From: an uncultured Lachnospiraceae bacterium
GTDB taxonomy: Bacteria > Bacillota > Clostridia > Lachnospirales > Lachnospiraceae
Direction: 5' to 3'
DNA: 64,000 nucleotides
NCBI GenBank assembly: GCA_900316625.1
Contig: ONDO01000002.1
Span: 2,828-66,827, forward strand
Shown: positions 9,546 through 18,479 of the stretch, piece after piece
Layout: every line of letters begins with the position of its first letter
How positions within the stretch are numbered: the first letter of the stretch is position 1
The notes under the pieces: model-generated
The model's input: the letters and a program-made list of their open reading frames with translations, nothing else
The model's database searches: none
Told to the model about the DNA's origin: nothing
Program-made: the position numbers and the translations under genes

Positions 9546-10385
9546 ATGTATCCCGTATATGAGAAGAAAGAAAACGATTTTGAAATCTATACAAGAGAGG
9601 CAGAACACATTCCGCCCCACCTCCATACGGCAATGGAACTTGTTCTGGTCAAAAGTGGAAGTCTTGAAGTTGGCGTAGGAAGGGAACTTTTTCATATGGA
9701 AGAAGGGGATATTGCACTGGTATTCCCGGAGATGATTCATCATTATCAGTCTTTTGATACCACCCCGGGACAGGTGCTCTTCCTGCATGCAGATGCAACG
9801 CTGGTTCCGGCCTTCAGCTCTGTTCTCCAGGACAAGACGATTCTTGATCCGGTAATCAAAGCCGGCAGTTATCCAAAGGAAGTATTCTATATTCTCCGTC
9901 AGTTAGAAGAGAGCGAATCCTTTGAATGGGCAGCCAGACATTCCCGTCGTAGGATGCAGGATGAAGGTGGTTACAGGGGAATTCTGATCCAGTCTTACTT
10001 ACAGATCATTCTGGCCAGACTCCTGGCAGGACTCAATCTGATGGAGAGAGAATCGGTTGGTGATTCGGATATTGTCTATCGACTGGTAGAATATATTGCA
10101 CGTAATTATACAAGACCCATATCACTTACCTCGGTTGCAGCGGAACTCTATGTCAGTCCGTATGCACTCTCCCGAATCTTCTCGCAGACCTTTCATATGA
10201 ACTTTAACCGTTATCTGAATCAGACCCGTTTGCTTCACTTCACCCATCTGATTCAGTATACGGATCAGTCCATCACGGAGGCCTGCTTGAATTCTGGATT
10301 TGAGAGCCAGAGAACTTTCAATCGTGTCTTTCAGGAAGCATATCATATGTCGCCATCTGCCTATAAGAAGAGACAGAAAGTATAA
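9546..10385 (+). CDS. AraC-family transcriptional regulator (cupin + HTH)
   Basis: HLHTAMEL cupin; YLNQTRL...SITEACLNSGFESQRTFNRVF. Confidence 0.95.
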   Translation: MYPVYEKKENDFEIYTREAEHIPPHLHTAMELVLVKSGSLEVGVGRELFHMEEGDIALVFPEMIHHYQSFDTTPGQVLFLHADATLVPAFSSVLQDKTILDPVIKAGSYPKEVFYILRQLEESESFEWAARHSRRRMQDEGGYRGILIQSYLQIILARLLAGLNLMERESVGDSDIVYRLVEYIARNYTRPISLTSVAAELYVSPYALSRIFSQTFHMNFNRYLNQTRLLHFTHLIQYTDQSITEACLNSGFESQRTFNRVFQEAYHMSPSAYKKRQKV

Positions 10386-10496
10386 GATCTGCTTTATTGA
10401 TCCTTTTTAAAGCGTTCCTTAAAAGTTAGGCTTTCATTGAACCAAACGATGGCACCTTCATCAAACAGGCGGCGGATGATAGCGAAGAATGACCTA

Positions 10497-10527
10497 AAAG
10501 AGATTCCCATGATTGGGAATCTTTTTT
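10497..10527 (+). terminator. Rho-independent terminator
   Basis: AAAGAGATTCCC-atgatt-GGGAATCTTTTTT. Confidence 0.8.
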
Positions 10528-10531
10528 GTAC

Positions 10532-10564
10532 TTTAAGTTTCGATTAAGGTTCGACCTCTATAGT
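10532..10564 (+). promoter_or_regulatory. OmpR-family (CiaR-type) direct repeat plus -10 box
   Basis: TTTAAG-N5-ATTAAG-N10-TATAGT upstream of the VTC gene. Confidence 0.55.
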
Positions 10565-10590
10565 GGTCTCATGAAGAACGGAGGTGCTTT

Positions 10591-11409
10591 ATGGCAGATC
10601 AGATGATCTTCAAGAGATACGAGATGAAATACGCCATGGACAGTGAAACCATGATGGCTGTAGAGGAAGAGATGGCATCCTATATGGAAGCGGATCCTCA
10701 CGGGCACAGCAGAATACAGAGCTTATACTTCGACACACCGAATTACATCCTGGCCAGACGTTCCCTGGAACATCCACTCTACAAGGAGAAGCTCCGCCTG
10801 AGAAGTTATGGCATAGCTAAGGTGGGAAGCCCTACATTTCTGGAACTGAAGAAGAAGTATGAATCCGTCGTATATAAGAGACGGGTCACCATGGAAGAGG
10901 ACGTTTCCGCAACTTATCTTCGACTGGCCGCAAGAGAGAATCTCACCGCAGAGGAAGAACTGGCGAAGAAGGTTCTCCTTGAATCCTTCGAAGGCAGAGA
11001 CGGGCAGATCATGAGAGAGATTGATTATAGCTTCTCTCGATATCCGGGCCTTGCTCCAAGGAAACTTCTTATGTATGACAGAGATGCCTTCTATGCGAAG
11101 GATGATCACGAGTTTCGCGTCACCTTTGACAGTAACATCCTCTGGAGAAATACAGACCTTGATCTCACCTGCGGCTTCTACGGAGAACGCCTGGTCCCAC
11201 AAGACAGAGTTCTGATGGAAGTGAAGGCCGGAGGAGCTATTCCACTGTATTTTGTGGAAATACTCAAGAAATATAATCTAAATGAAACTTCCTTCTCGAA
11301 ATATGGAAGAGCTTATCAGGTGGACGATGAACGTGATAAGGGCTGGGAAAGAGTAAGGAGAGAAGCCGGCATCCACGGCAATGTGAATGGTGTGCTGACA
11401 GCAATGTAA
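10591..11409 (+). CDS. Polyphosphate polymerase (VTC) domain protein
   Basis: FKRYEMKY, SLYFDT, KEKLRLRSY, ELKKK, RVTFD, LMEVK, FSKY. Confidence 0.9.
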   Translation: MADQMIFKRYEMKYAMDSETMMAVEEEMASYMEADPHGHSRIQSLYFDTPNYILARRSLEHPLYKEKLRLRSYGIAKVGSPTFLELKKKYESVVYKRRVTMEEDVSATYLRLAARENLTAEEELAKKVLLESFEGRDGQIMREIDYSFSRYPGLAPRKLLMYDRDAFYAKDDHEFRVTFDSNILWRNTDLDLTCGFYGERLVPQDRVLMEVKAGGAIPLYFVEILKKYNLNETSFSKYGRAYQVDDERDKGWERVRREAGIHGNVNGVLTAM

Positions 11410-11514
11410 AATCACAGCGACATGGTGTGATAATAGATGACAGGAATATACATTATTATATAAACCAATATATAAAATGTTAATTCTAGAATTAATTAGA
11501 AAGCGAGATAGTAC

Positions 11515-12189
11515 ATGAATTTCTTTCAGGGAATTTTCGATACAACAGCAATCAATGTTTCAGGCTTCCTGATCTGCCTCTTGGTATCTCTACTGATTGG
11601 TTGTTTCTTATCCATGGTATATGCCTATAAGAATAAGCCCAGCAAGTCCTTCCTGCTGACCTTAGGACTACTTCCGGCAATTGTCTGCGTTGTCATCATG
11701 ATGGTAAACGGCAATATCGGTGCAGGTGTCGCAGTCGCAGGAGCCTTCAGTCTGGTACGTTTCCGTTCCGCGCCCGGAACTGCACGTGAGATTGTAGCAA
11801 TCTTTCTTACAATGGGAACCGGCTTGATCTGTGGAATGGGCTATCTCGGTTATGCAGTCCTCTTTGCAGGTATCCTCGGTATTATCATCCTTGTCTTCAA
11901 CCTCTCTTGTGATTCCATCCTGGGAAGTGAAGAGAAGTTACTCCGCATTACAGTACCCGAGGATCTCGACTATGCACATGAATTTGACGATGTCCTCAGC
12001 CGGTATACTGAGAATTATCATCTCAATGCAGTAAAGACAACCAATATGGGTTCTCTCTTCAAGCTTACCTATTCCGTGACCCTGAAGAATGAAGCATCCA
12101 CAAAGCGAATGATCGACGATCTTCGTATCCGAAATGGCAACCTCGAGATCAGCCTTTGTGATCAGCAGACTATGCCCAGTGAACTCTAA
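11515..12189 (+). CDS. DUF4956-type membrane protein
   Basis: VIMMVNGNIGAGVAVAGAFSLVRFRSAPG; usual partner of VTC genes. Confidence 0.85.
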   Translation: MNFFQGIFDTTAINVSGFLICLLVSLLIGCFLSMVYAYKNKPSKSFLLTLGLLPAIVCVVIMMVNGNIGAGVAVAGAFSLVRFRSAPGTAREIVAIFLTMGTGLICGMGYLGYAVLFAGILGIIILVFNLSCDSILGSEEKLLRITVPEDLDYAHEFDDVLSRYTENYHLNAVKTTNMGSLFKLTYSVTLKNEASTKRMIDDLRIRNGNLEISLCDQQTMPSEL

Positions 12190-12337
12190 GACCTTCCGAA
12201 TCTCATAGAGTGAATCACATAAAGTGGGCTGACCTGAAGCCCACTTGTGAGAAGACCTTCCGAACCACATCCGTCGGATCCGCCGACGAAAGTCTCCCTG
12301 GGGAGCATTGATGCAAGACTAGGGCTGCATAGCTGGA

Positions 12338-13006
12338 TCACACATTCAGCCTACGATGAATCTCGCTTGCGACCTCACGCCCCTTGAAGATGATCGCACC
12401 CACGAGGAGGATGACGCTCGCCAGCAGGCAGATCATCCAGGTAACCGGACAATCTCTTCCAGAGAAGCGGAAGACGATGTAAGGCAGGATGCCAACAAAG
12501 AGGTTGGTAAGAAGGTAGATCATTGCATTACCACTCGAATCAATCATGGCAAGAACGAAGTTTGCAACCAGAGTCAGCATAACCACGATCGGAGCAACCC
12601 AATCTGTAGCCAGATGGAAGAAGTCGAAGTAGTAAGCTGTGATGCAAAACATGATCAGCACGATGAATACGAACAAGGTCATGATGCGCGAAGAACTCAG
12701 GCCCCTCTTGAAGAGACGCATGATGCCGAATTCGAAGACAACCAGCCACATGGCAAGCAGGAGACTCCAGTGGAAATCAAAACCAGCCCAGGGACGGATG
12801 TCGAACATGAAGTCAGCACCGAGGCCGGCGATGACAACAGCCCATACGATAAAGAGCTGAATCTTATAGAAGAAGGATGTGATCTTCAGTGTGGTCTGTA
12901 CAGGGAAGTAGGTAGCTTCCGCCTCACCACTTAATTTACTCTGGCATACGGGGCACTTCTTCAGATCGCCACCGACTTCGATTTTACAGTAAGGACAGGT
13001 TCTCAT
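12338..13006 (-). CDS. Zinc-ribbon membrane protein (DUF6320-like)
   Basis: N-terminal CPYC...CPVC followed by about 6 TM segments. Confidence 0.75.
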   Translation of the reverse strand: MRTCPYCKIEVGGDLKKCPVCQSKLSGEAEATYFPVQTTLKITSFFYKIQLFIVWAVVIAGLGADFMFDIRPWAGFDFHWSLLLAMWLVVFEFGIMRLFKRGLSSSRIMTLFVFIVLIMFCITAYYFDFFHLATDWVAPIVVMLTLVANFVLAMIDSSGNAMIYLLTNLFVGILPYIVFRFSGRDCPVTWMICLLASVILLVGAIIFKGREVASEIHRRLNV

Positions 13007-14253
13007 TAGCGAATCACCTCCGTTGCATAGACTCTGATCTTGATATCATCATTTGATAATTCTCTAATAAAGTTCTTGATTACCTTGGTACTTACATAGG
13101 GAGAAGAGATTCCTAAGGTAAGATCGCCATTGTAACTCGACATGGTCGAGAAGAGATTCTCAGAACTGCAGAATGCACTATAGTTTGAGATCATGGATCT
13201 CACTTCTTCAGGCGGACGCTGTACACCAAGGTTAGACAATACCATGGATACTTTCTTATCAGATACCTTGGTTCCGTAACGGACAGCCCACTGCTTGATG
13301 AAGAGAGGAACGGCACGAACCGGAGCAACATACTCCATGGTCTCGAAGTTATCCATCTGCTTCTTAATGTTTTCTTCCGTCAGATTCGATTTCAGCTTCT
13401 CATCGAATTCCTTCGCCAGATCATCCAGACTGATATCTTCATCGAAGACATGAGAGACATTGACGTTGTTGAAGAAGTTTCTGGAGGTATAGGAAGGATA
13501 GTAATTTCTCAGATTCACCGGTAAGGATACAGTTATGGGAGTTTTACGTTTCCGAGGGGGCATGTCTTCCATGATCGCAAGCATGAAACGGGCGCCGATG
13601 TAGCTTGTAAGGGAGACACCCAGAGCCTTGGCCTTCTGTAAGACTTTGTCGGAGGGCATGTGAACCTCGAAGAACTGCAGCTGATCGTAGGGGAGCTTGA
13701 GTCCGCTGGGATGATAAGCCTTCTTTAAGGAAGAGGTCATAAGACCCATGCCACCAAAGAACTGCTTGTAGCTATCCTGGTTCAGATCTTCTTCGGATGC
13801 GCCAGAATGGATGGCAAGTTCCTCGAATCTGCCGGGATACTTGAGCTTCAGGTACTCGAAGACAATGATGTTAAGGAATTCGAGGGCTCCGGTACCATCG
13901 GAGATAGCGTGGAAGAGGTCGAGATTGATACGGTTCCGGTGATAGGTTACCTTGTAGTGAAGCATGGCGTGACCCGGCACATAGAGCTGGGGGCAGATAC
14001 GGCCGTGCTCTTCTTCAACAATGGGCAGAAGGTCGGTGTCTTCCATGTAATGCCAGAAGATTCCACGTCGAATTCTGACCTGGAACTGAGGGCGAATCTG
14101 AATGGCAGATTCGACGGCTTCCTGCAGGGTCTTGGCATCAATATCTTCCCAGAGAGTGCAGCTGACTCTTAGGGTTCTAGTGTCACGTTTGTCGGCGGTA
14201 GCCAGGAAGACCTTGGCTACATTATCGACTTTGTACCAGTTTTCGCGTCCCAT
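13006..14253 (-). CDS. CoA-dependent acyltransferase (alcohol acetyltransferase/condensation fold)
   Basis: HxxxDG motif FHAISDGTG; PVNLRNYYPS...NFF; SNLG. Confidence 0.8.
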   Translation of the reverse strand: MGRENWYKVDNVAKVFLATADKRDTRTLRVSCTLWEDIDAKTLQEAVESAIQIRPQFQVRIRRGIFWHYMEDTDLLPIVEEEHGRICPQLYVPGHAMLHYKVTYHRNRINLDLFHAISDGTGALEFLNIIVFEYLKLKYPGRFEELAIHSGASEEDLNQDSYKQFFGGMGLMTSSLKKAYHPSGLKLPYDQLQFFEVHMPSDKVLQKAKALGVSLTSYIGARFMLAIMEDMPPRKRKTPITVSLPVNLRNYYPSYTSRNFFNNVNVSHVFDEDISLDDLAKEFDEKLKSNLTEENIKKQMDNFETMEYVAPVRAVPLFIKQWAVRYGTKVSDKKVSMVLSNLGVQRPPEEVRSMISNYSAFCSSENLFSTMSSYNGDLTLGISSPYVSTKVIKNFIRELSNDDIKIRVYATEVIR

Positions 14254-14261
14254 TTTTTCTC

Positions 14262-15185
14262 CTAATGTGTATTGTAAATCGTTCTGGAAACAACATTGGC
14301 AAGTTCCTTCATCGCACGATTGGCGAGGGGGAGTGGCATCTGTTGAAAGACATGCCAGCCATTTTCAAATATTTTGATCTCAGCACTTGCTCCGGCAGCC
14401 TGAATGGCTTTCGCAAGTCTCGTACTGTCGTCGAGCAGAATCTCATTTCGTCCGACCTGAATATAGGTGGGCGGGAATCCGGTGAAATCACCGAAGAGCG
14501 GGCTGAATCTCGCATCTTTCGGATCCCCGGCACCGGCTATATAGGCATCCCTAACGGATACGATGAAATCATAGGTCAGGATGGGATCCTTCTCCTGATA
14601 TCTCGTATAGGATTTTGAGCTGGCGGTCATATCGGTCCAGGGACTGAAGAGAAGAAGCATGCGTGGTGCTCTACTTCCCTCATTTAGCAGTTCCTGAGTG
14701 AGACAGAGGCTTAAGTTGCCTCCGGCGGAATCGCCGGCAACCAGAATGTGCTCTGGATCATATCCCTCTTGAAGAAGATAGTCAAAGATGCTTCTGGCAT
14801 CTTCTAATTGCGCTGGGTAGGGGTTCTCCGGGGCAAGACGATACACGTAGGAGATGACAGAGAAACCTGTGGCAAGAGCGAGCTTGGCAGCCAGGATACG
14901 GCTGTAGGAGAGACCTCCACAAGTGTAGCCACCACCATGAGAGTATAGAATAACGTAATTGGGATTGTGGGCAAGATCCGGATGAATCCATTCACAGGCG
15001 ATGCTGCCTAGAGAGAAACTGTCAATTGTAATACCGGATGCAGGACTTGCAACCTTGCCCGCAAGTTCCATACTGCTTCTCTGTTTTTTCAGATCTTCTT
15101 CCGTTAAGGTCTTTCCACCGATGGAATTCACGGCTTTCAGCGCTTTCATCAGAGGATCGCTGAAATTAAGAGTTCGAAGAGCCAT
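14262..15185 (-). CDS. Alpha/beta hydrolase, HSL-family esterase
   Basis: HGGG oxyanion motif, GDSAGG nucleophile, EILLDD, WHVFQ. Confidence 0.92.
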   Translation of the reverse strand: MALRTLNFSDPLMKALKAVNSIGGKTLTEEDLKKQRSSMELAGKVASPASGITIDSFSLGSIACEWIHPDLAHNPNYVILYSHGGGYTCGGLSYSRILAAKLALATGFSVISYVYRLAPENPYPAQLEDARSIFDYLLQEGYDPEHILVAGDSAGGNLSLCLTQELLNEGSRAPRMLLLFSPWTDMTASSKSYTRYQEKDPILTYDFIVSVRDAYIAGAGDPKDARFSPLFGDFTGFPPTYIQVGRNEILLDDSTRLAKAIQAAGASAEIKIFENGWHVFQQMPLPLANRAMKELANVVSRTIYNTH

Positions 15186-15275
15186 AATTACCTCGTAAAG
15201 AATTCGTTAGTAGTTGATTCTAAACTTAAATTGTACACCACTTGATTCTCGTCGAATGTAAAAAAATAATAAAAA

Positions 15276-15305
15276 AGACTTCCAACACATGAATGCTGGA
15301 AGCCT
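15276..15305 (-). terminator. Probable typA terminator
   Basis: Imperfect inverted repeat agacttccaaca/tgctggaagcct next to an A-run (U-run on minus strand). Confidence 0.55.
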
Positions 15306-15342
15306 TATATTTCTTATAAAAGAATTCGATTCTTCCAGCTCA

Positions 15343-15494
15343 GTCTGGGAATCAGCCTGAAGCAGAAAGAAACTCTGTCTGGGAATCAGCCCGAAGCAGA
15401 AAGAAACTCTGTCTGGGAATCAGCCCGAAGCAGAAAGAAACTCTGTCCTGTAATCGGCCCGAGGCAGAAAGAAACTCTGTCCTGGGATCAGCCC
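15343..15494. repeat. 34-bp tandem repeat x4 plus partial, overlapping typA stop
   Basis: gtctgggaatcagccYgaagcagaaagaaactct at 15343, 15377, 15411, 15445 and partial 15479. Confidence 0.92.
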
Positions 15495-17323
15495 TGGCTT
15501 CTGAAACCAGCTCTCTTACGATCACGGGAATCTAAAAGTCTCTTACGAATACGAAGGCTCTGAGGAGTTACTTCAAGAAGCTCATCTGCATCGATGAAGT
15601 CCATTGCCTGCTCAAGGGACATTACCTTGGGAGGGGTAAGAGTAAGTGCTTCATCAGAGGAAGAAGTACGGGTGTTGGTCAGATGCTTCTTCTTGCAGAC
15701 ATTGATCTCAATATCCTGGGTACGGCTGGATTCACCGATTACCATACCTGCATATACTTTCTCACCGGGTCCGATGAAGAGGGTTCCACGATCCTGAGCG
15801 GAGAAGAGACCGTAAGTTACGGATTCACCGGTCTCGAAGGAGATGAGGGAGCCGTTCTCACGGAATCCGATGTCTCCTCTGTACTCATCGTAGCAGTCGA
15901 AGATGGTATTGATGATACCAGTACCCTTGGTCATGGTCATGAAGGAACCACGGAAACCAATCAGTCCTCTGGAAGGGATGCGGAACTCGAGGCGGATGAA
16001 ACCACCAGTGATGGGGGTCATACCACGAAGTTCACCCTTACGCTGGGAGAGTTCCTGAATAACAGCTCCCTGGAATTCAGAAGGTACATCAACATATGCG
16101 ATTTCGATCGGCTCGGTCTTCTTGCCGTTTGCATCGGTATGGAAGAGAACCTCAGGCTTGGAAACTGCGAACTCGTAACCTTCACGTCTCATGTTCTCGA
16201 TCAGTACGGACAGATGAAGCTCACCACGACCGCTGACCTTGAAGGTATCAGGAGAATCGGTATCCTCAACACGAAGGGATACGTCGGTGTTCAGTTCCTT
16301 GTAGAGTCTGTCACGGATATGTCTGGAAGTTACGAATTCACCTTCCTGTCCTGCGAAAGGAGAGTCGTTAACCATGAAGTTCATGGCGATGGTCGGCTCA
16401 GAGATCTTCTGGAAAGGAATTGCCTCAGGAGCTGCAGTATCACAGATGGTGTCACCGATGTGAAGATCGCCGATACCGGAGATTGCAACAACGTCACCGA
16501 TGGAAGCTTCTTCTACAGGAACTCTCTTCAGACCGTCGAAGGAGAAGAGCTTGGTAATACGAACCTTATCCTTCTTATCCGGGTCATGGTGGTTAACAAC
16601 AACAGCATCCTGATTCATACGAATCTTACCGTTGGTTACCTTACCGATACCGATACGACCAACGAATTCGTTGTAGTCGATGGTGGATACGAGAACCTGC
16701 ATATTTGCATCCGGATCACCCTTAGGTGCAGGGATGAAGTCGAGGATGGCCTCGAAGAGAGGTGTCATATCCTTCTTCTCATCGTCGAGGTTCTTGATCG
16801 CATAACCTTCTCTTGCAGAAGCGAAGATGAAGGGGCAGTCAAGCTGTTCATCAGGAGCATCGAGGTCCATGAAGAGCTCGAGAACTTCGTCCTGAACTTC
16901 GAGGGGACGTGCGTCCGGACGGTCAAGCTTGTTAACGCAGACGAGAACCGGAAGCTTCAGAGCCATAGCCTTCATCAGAACGAACTTGGTCTGGGGCATA
17001 ACACCTTCGAAAGCATCAACTACAAGAACCGCACCATCAACCATCTTCAGGATACGCTCAACTTCGCCACCGAAGTCAGCATGGCCCGGAGTATCGATGA
17101 TGTTGATCTTGGTGTTGCCATAGGTTACTGCGGTATTCTTGGACAGGATGGTGATTCCACGCTCACGCTCGATGTCGTTGGAATCCATGACACGGTCCTC
17201 GACGTCCTGGTTCTGACGGAATACACCGCTTTGTTTAAGGAGTTCATCTACGAGAGTTGTCTTACCGTGATCGACGTGTGCAATAATTGCAACGTTACGA
17301 ATGTCGTCTCTGGATTGAAGCAT
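15488..17323 (-). CDS. typA: Translational GTPase TypA/BipA
   Basis: AHVDHGKTT, ERGITI, DTPGHADF, GRGELHL, LEVTPQSLRIRK. Confidence 0.97.
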   Translation of the reverse strand: MLQSRDDIRNVAIIAHVDHGKTTLVDELLKQSGVFRQNQDVEDRVMDSNDIERERGITILSKNTAVTYGNTKINIIDTPGHADFGGEVERILKMVDGAVLVVDAFEGVMPQTKFVLMKAMALKLPVLVCVNKLDRPDARPLEVQDEVLELFMDLDAPDEQLDCPFIFASAREGYAIKNLDDEKKDMTPLFEAILDFIPAPKGDPDANMQVLVSTIDYNEFVGRIGIGKVTNGKIRMNQDAVVVNHHDPDKKDKVRITKLFSFDGLKRVPVEEASIGDVVAISGIGDLHIGDTICDTAAPEAIPFQKISEPTIAMNFMVNDSPFAGQEGEFVTSRHIRDRLYKELNTDVSLRVEDTDSPDTFKVSGRGELHLSVLIENMRREGYEFAVSKPEVLFHTDANGKKTEPIEIAYVDVPSEFQGAVIQELSQRKGELRGMTPITGGFIRLEFRIPSRGLIGFRGSFMTMTKGTGIINTIFDCYDEYRGDIGFRENGSLISFETGESVTYGLFSAQDRGTLFIGPGEKVYAGMVIGESSRTQDIEINVCKKKHLTNTRTSSSDEALTLTPPKVMSLEQAMDFIDADELLEVTPQSLRIRKRLLDSRDRKRAGFRSQG

Positions 17324-17510
17324 TCTTATCACTCTTTCTTCTTATATATAAATTCATAGTTACATACACAGTTCAAAACTTTAACATTTTATCACAGAAT
17401 CTGACAATTTCAATCAATGTCTTATATTTTCATTTCTTTTTTATAAATATAGAACGTCGGGAAGTGTCCACTTGTACATAATAACTAGCGATCTGTCGAA
17501 GAATGGCATA

Positions 17511-17578
17511 TTGCACGGAACCATTTCGTGTGCTATAGTATTCAACAATTCACTCGTCTGTAACAATATTGTAACAAT
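17511..17578 (+). promoter_or_regulatory. Promoter with downstream direct repeat
   Basis: TTGCAC-N17-TATAGT at 17511-17539; TGTAAC-N5-TGTAAC at 17559-17575. Confidence 0.5.
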
Positions 17579-17592
17579 TTAGTGGAGGCAAT

Positions 17593-18084
17593 ATGGACAA
17601 GGGTAAGGTTCAGGTCTACTACGGAACCGGTCAGGGCAAGACGTCCGCAGCACTGGGGAATGTGATTCGTTCCGCCGCAGAAGGTAAAAGCGCTGTTGTG
17701 ATTCAGTTTATGAAGGAAGCAGCAGATATTGAATTCCTCAAGAGATTAGAGCCGGAAGTCAGACTTTTCCGTTTTGAACGTAGCGAAGAAGCTTTCGAGA
17801 GTCTTACGAAGGAAGAACAGGAAGAAGAGAAGCAGAATATCGAGAACGGTCTTAATTTTGCGAAGAAGGTTCTGACCACAGATAACTGCGACATTCTCGT
17901 ACTCGATGAGATCTTAGGCCTGGTGGAGAATGGTGTTGTATCCGAGGAAGAACTGATACAGATCTTCGGTGCACGCTCTATATTTACCAGTATTATTCTG
18001 ACAGGAAGAACCCTGCCGGATTCTATTCGCGACGCAGCAGATGAAGTACTGAATATTGTCTGTGAAAAGCCTGTAGAAGCATAG
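17593..18084 (+). CDS. cobO: Cob(I)alamin adenosyltransferase, CobO/BtuR type
   Basis: VQVYYGTGQGKTSAALG, IQFMK, LVLDEI, ILTGR. Confidence 0.85.
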   Translation: MDKGKVQVYYGTGQGKTSAALGNVIRSAAEGKSAVVIQFMKEAADIEFLKRLEPEVRLFRFERSEEAFESLTKEEQEEEKQNIENGLNFAKKVLTTDNCDILVLDEILGLVENGVVSEEELIQIFGARSIFTSIILTGRTLPDSIRDAADEVLNIVCEKPVEA

Positions 18085-18103
18085 GAATTCACATTTCCTT
18101 GCG

Positions 18104-18132
18104 TTGACAAGCTAAAGTACAGTATCTATAAT
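18104..18132 (+). promoter_or_regulatory. Sigma-A promoter of riboswitch-dapAB transcript
   Basis: Perfect TTGACA-N17-TATAAT. Confidence 0.9.
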
Positions 18133-18177
18133 GGTTTCGTTCTTATTTTTATGATGAACGAAATAAAAGAACATATT

Positions 18178-18346
18178 TATGGTAGAGGTTGCGCTGATCA
18201 TAAGTAGCAGATTGGATGCCGCAGAGGCAGGAGAAGATCTGTGGAAGGGAGAAGCGCCGAAAGGCAGTCACACTGCAATGACTGTTCTTGGGAACGGAAG
18301 GAATACTTCCGTAACTGTCATCTTACAAGAGATGGGGCGCTATCCG
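18178..18346 (+). ncRNA. Lysine riboswitch (L-box)
   Basis: AGAGGTTGCG...AGTA...GAAGGG...CGCCGAA...TTGGG...GAATA...ACTGTCA...GGGGCGCTA; upstream of dapA. Confidence 0.92.
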
Positions 18347-18370
18347 AAGAAGTAATTCTTAAACGTATAG

Positions 18371-18402
18371 GAGCGGCTCATCAGTAGATGGGTCGTTTTT
18401 TT
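18371..18402 (+). terminator. Riboswitch expression-platform terminator
   Basis: GAGCGGCTCATC-agta-GATGGGTCGTTTTTTT. Confidence 0.8.
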
Positions 18403-18479
18403 GGTATCGAAGGATATGCATCCGGCAAGGATTTCGATGAGTGAAAGAAGAGGATCCGTCAGGAAAAGAGGAGAGACTT

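Noticed and set aside
10445-10495. Fluoride riboswitch-like GATGG...AAAC...GATGA
   Set aside because: Lacks the required P1 pairing and pseudoknot complement, and no fluoride-related gene follows
12215-12300. Hammerhead ribozyme (hairpin followed by GAAA)
   Set aside because: No CUGANGA core preceding the stem
15683-17359. 558-aa plus-strand ORF antisense to typA
   Set aside because: Shadow ORF caused by strong codon bias of the real gene; no recognisable motifs
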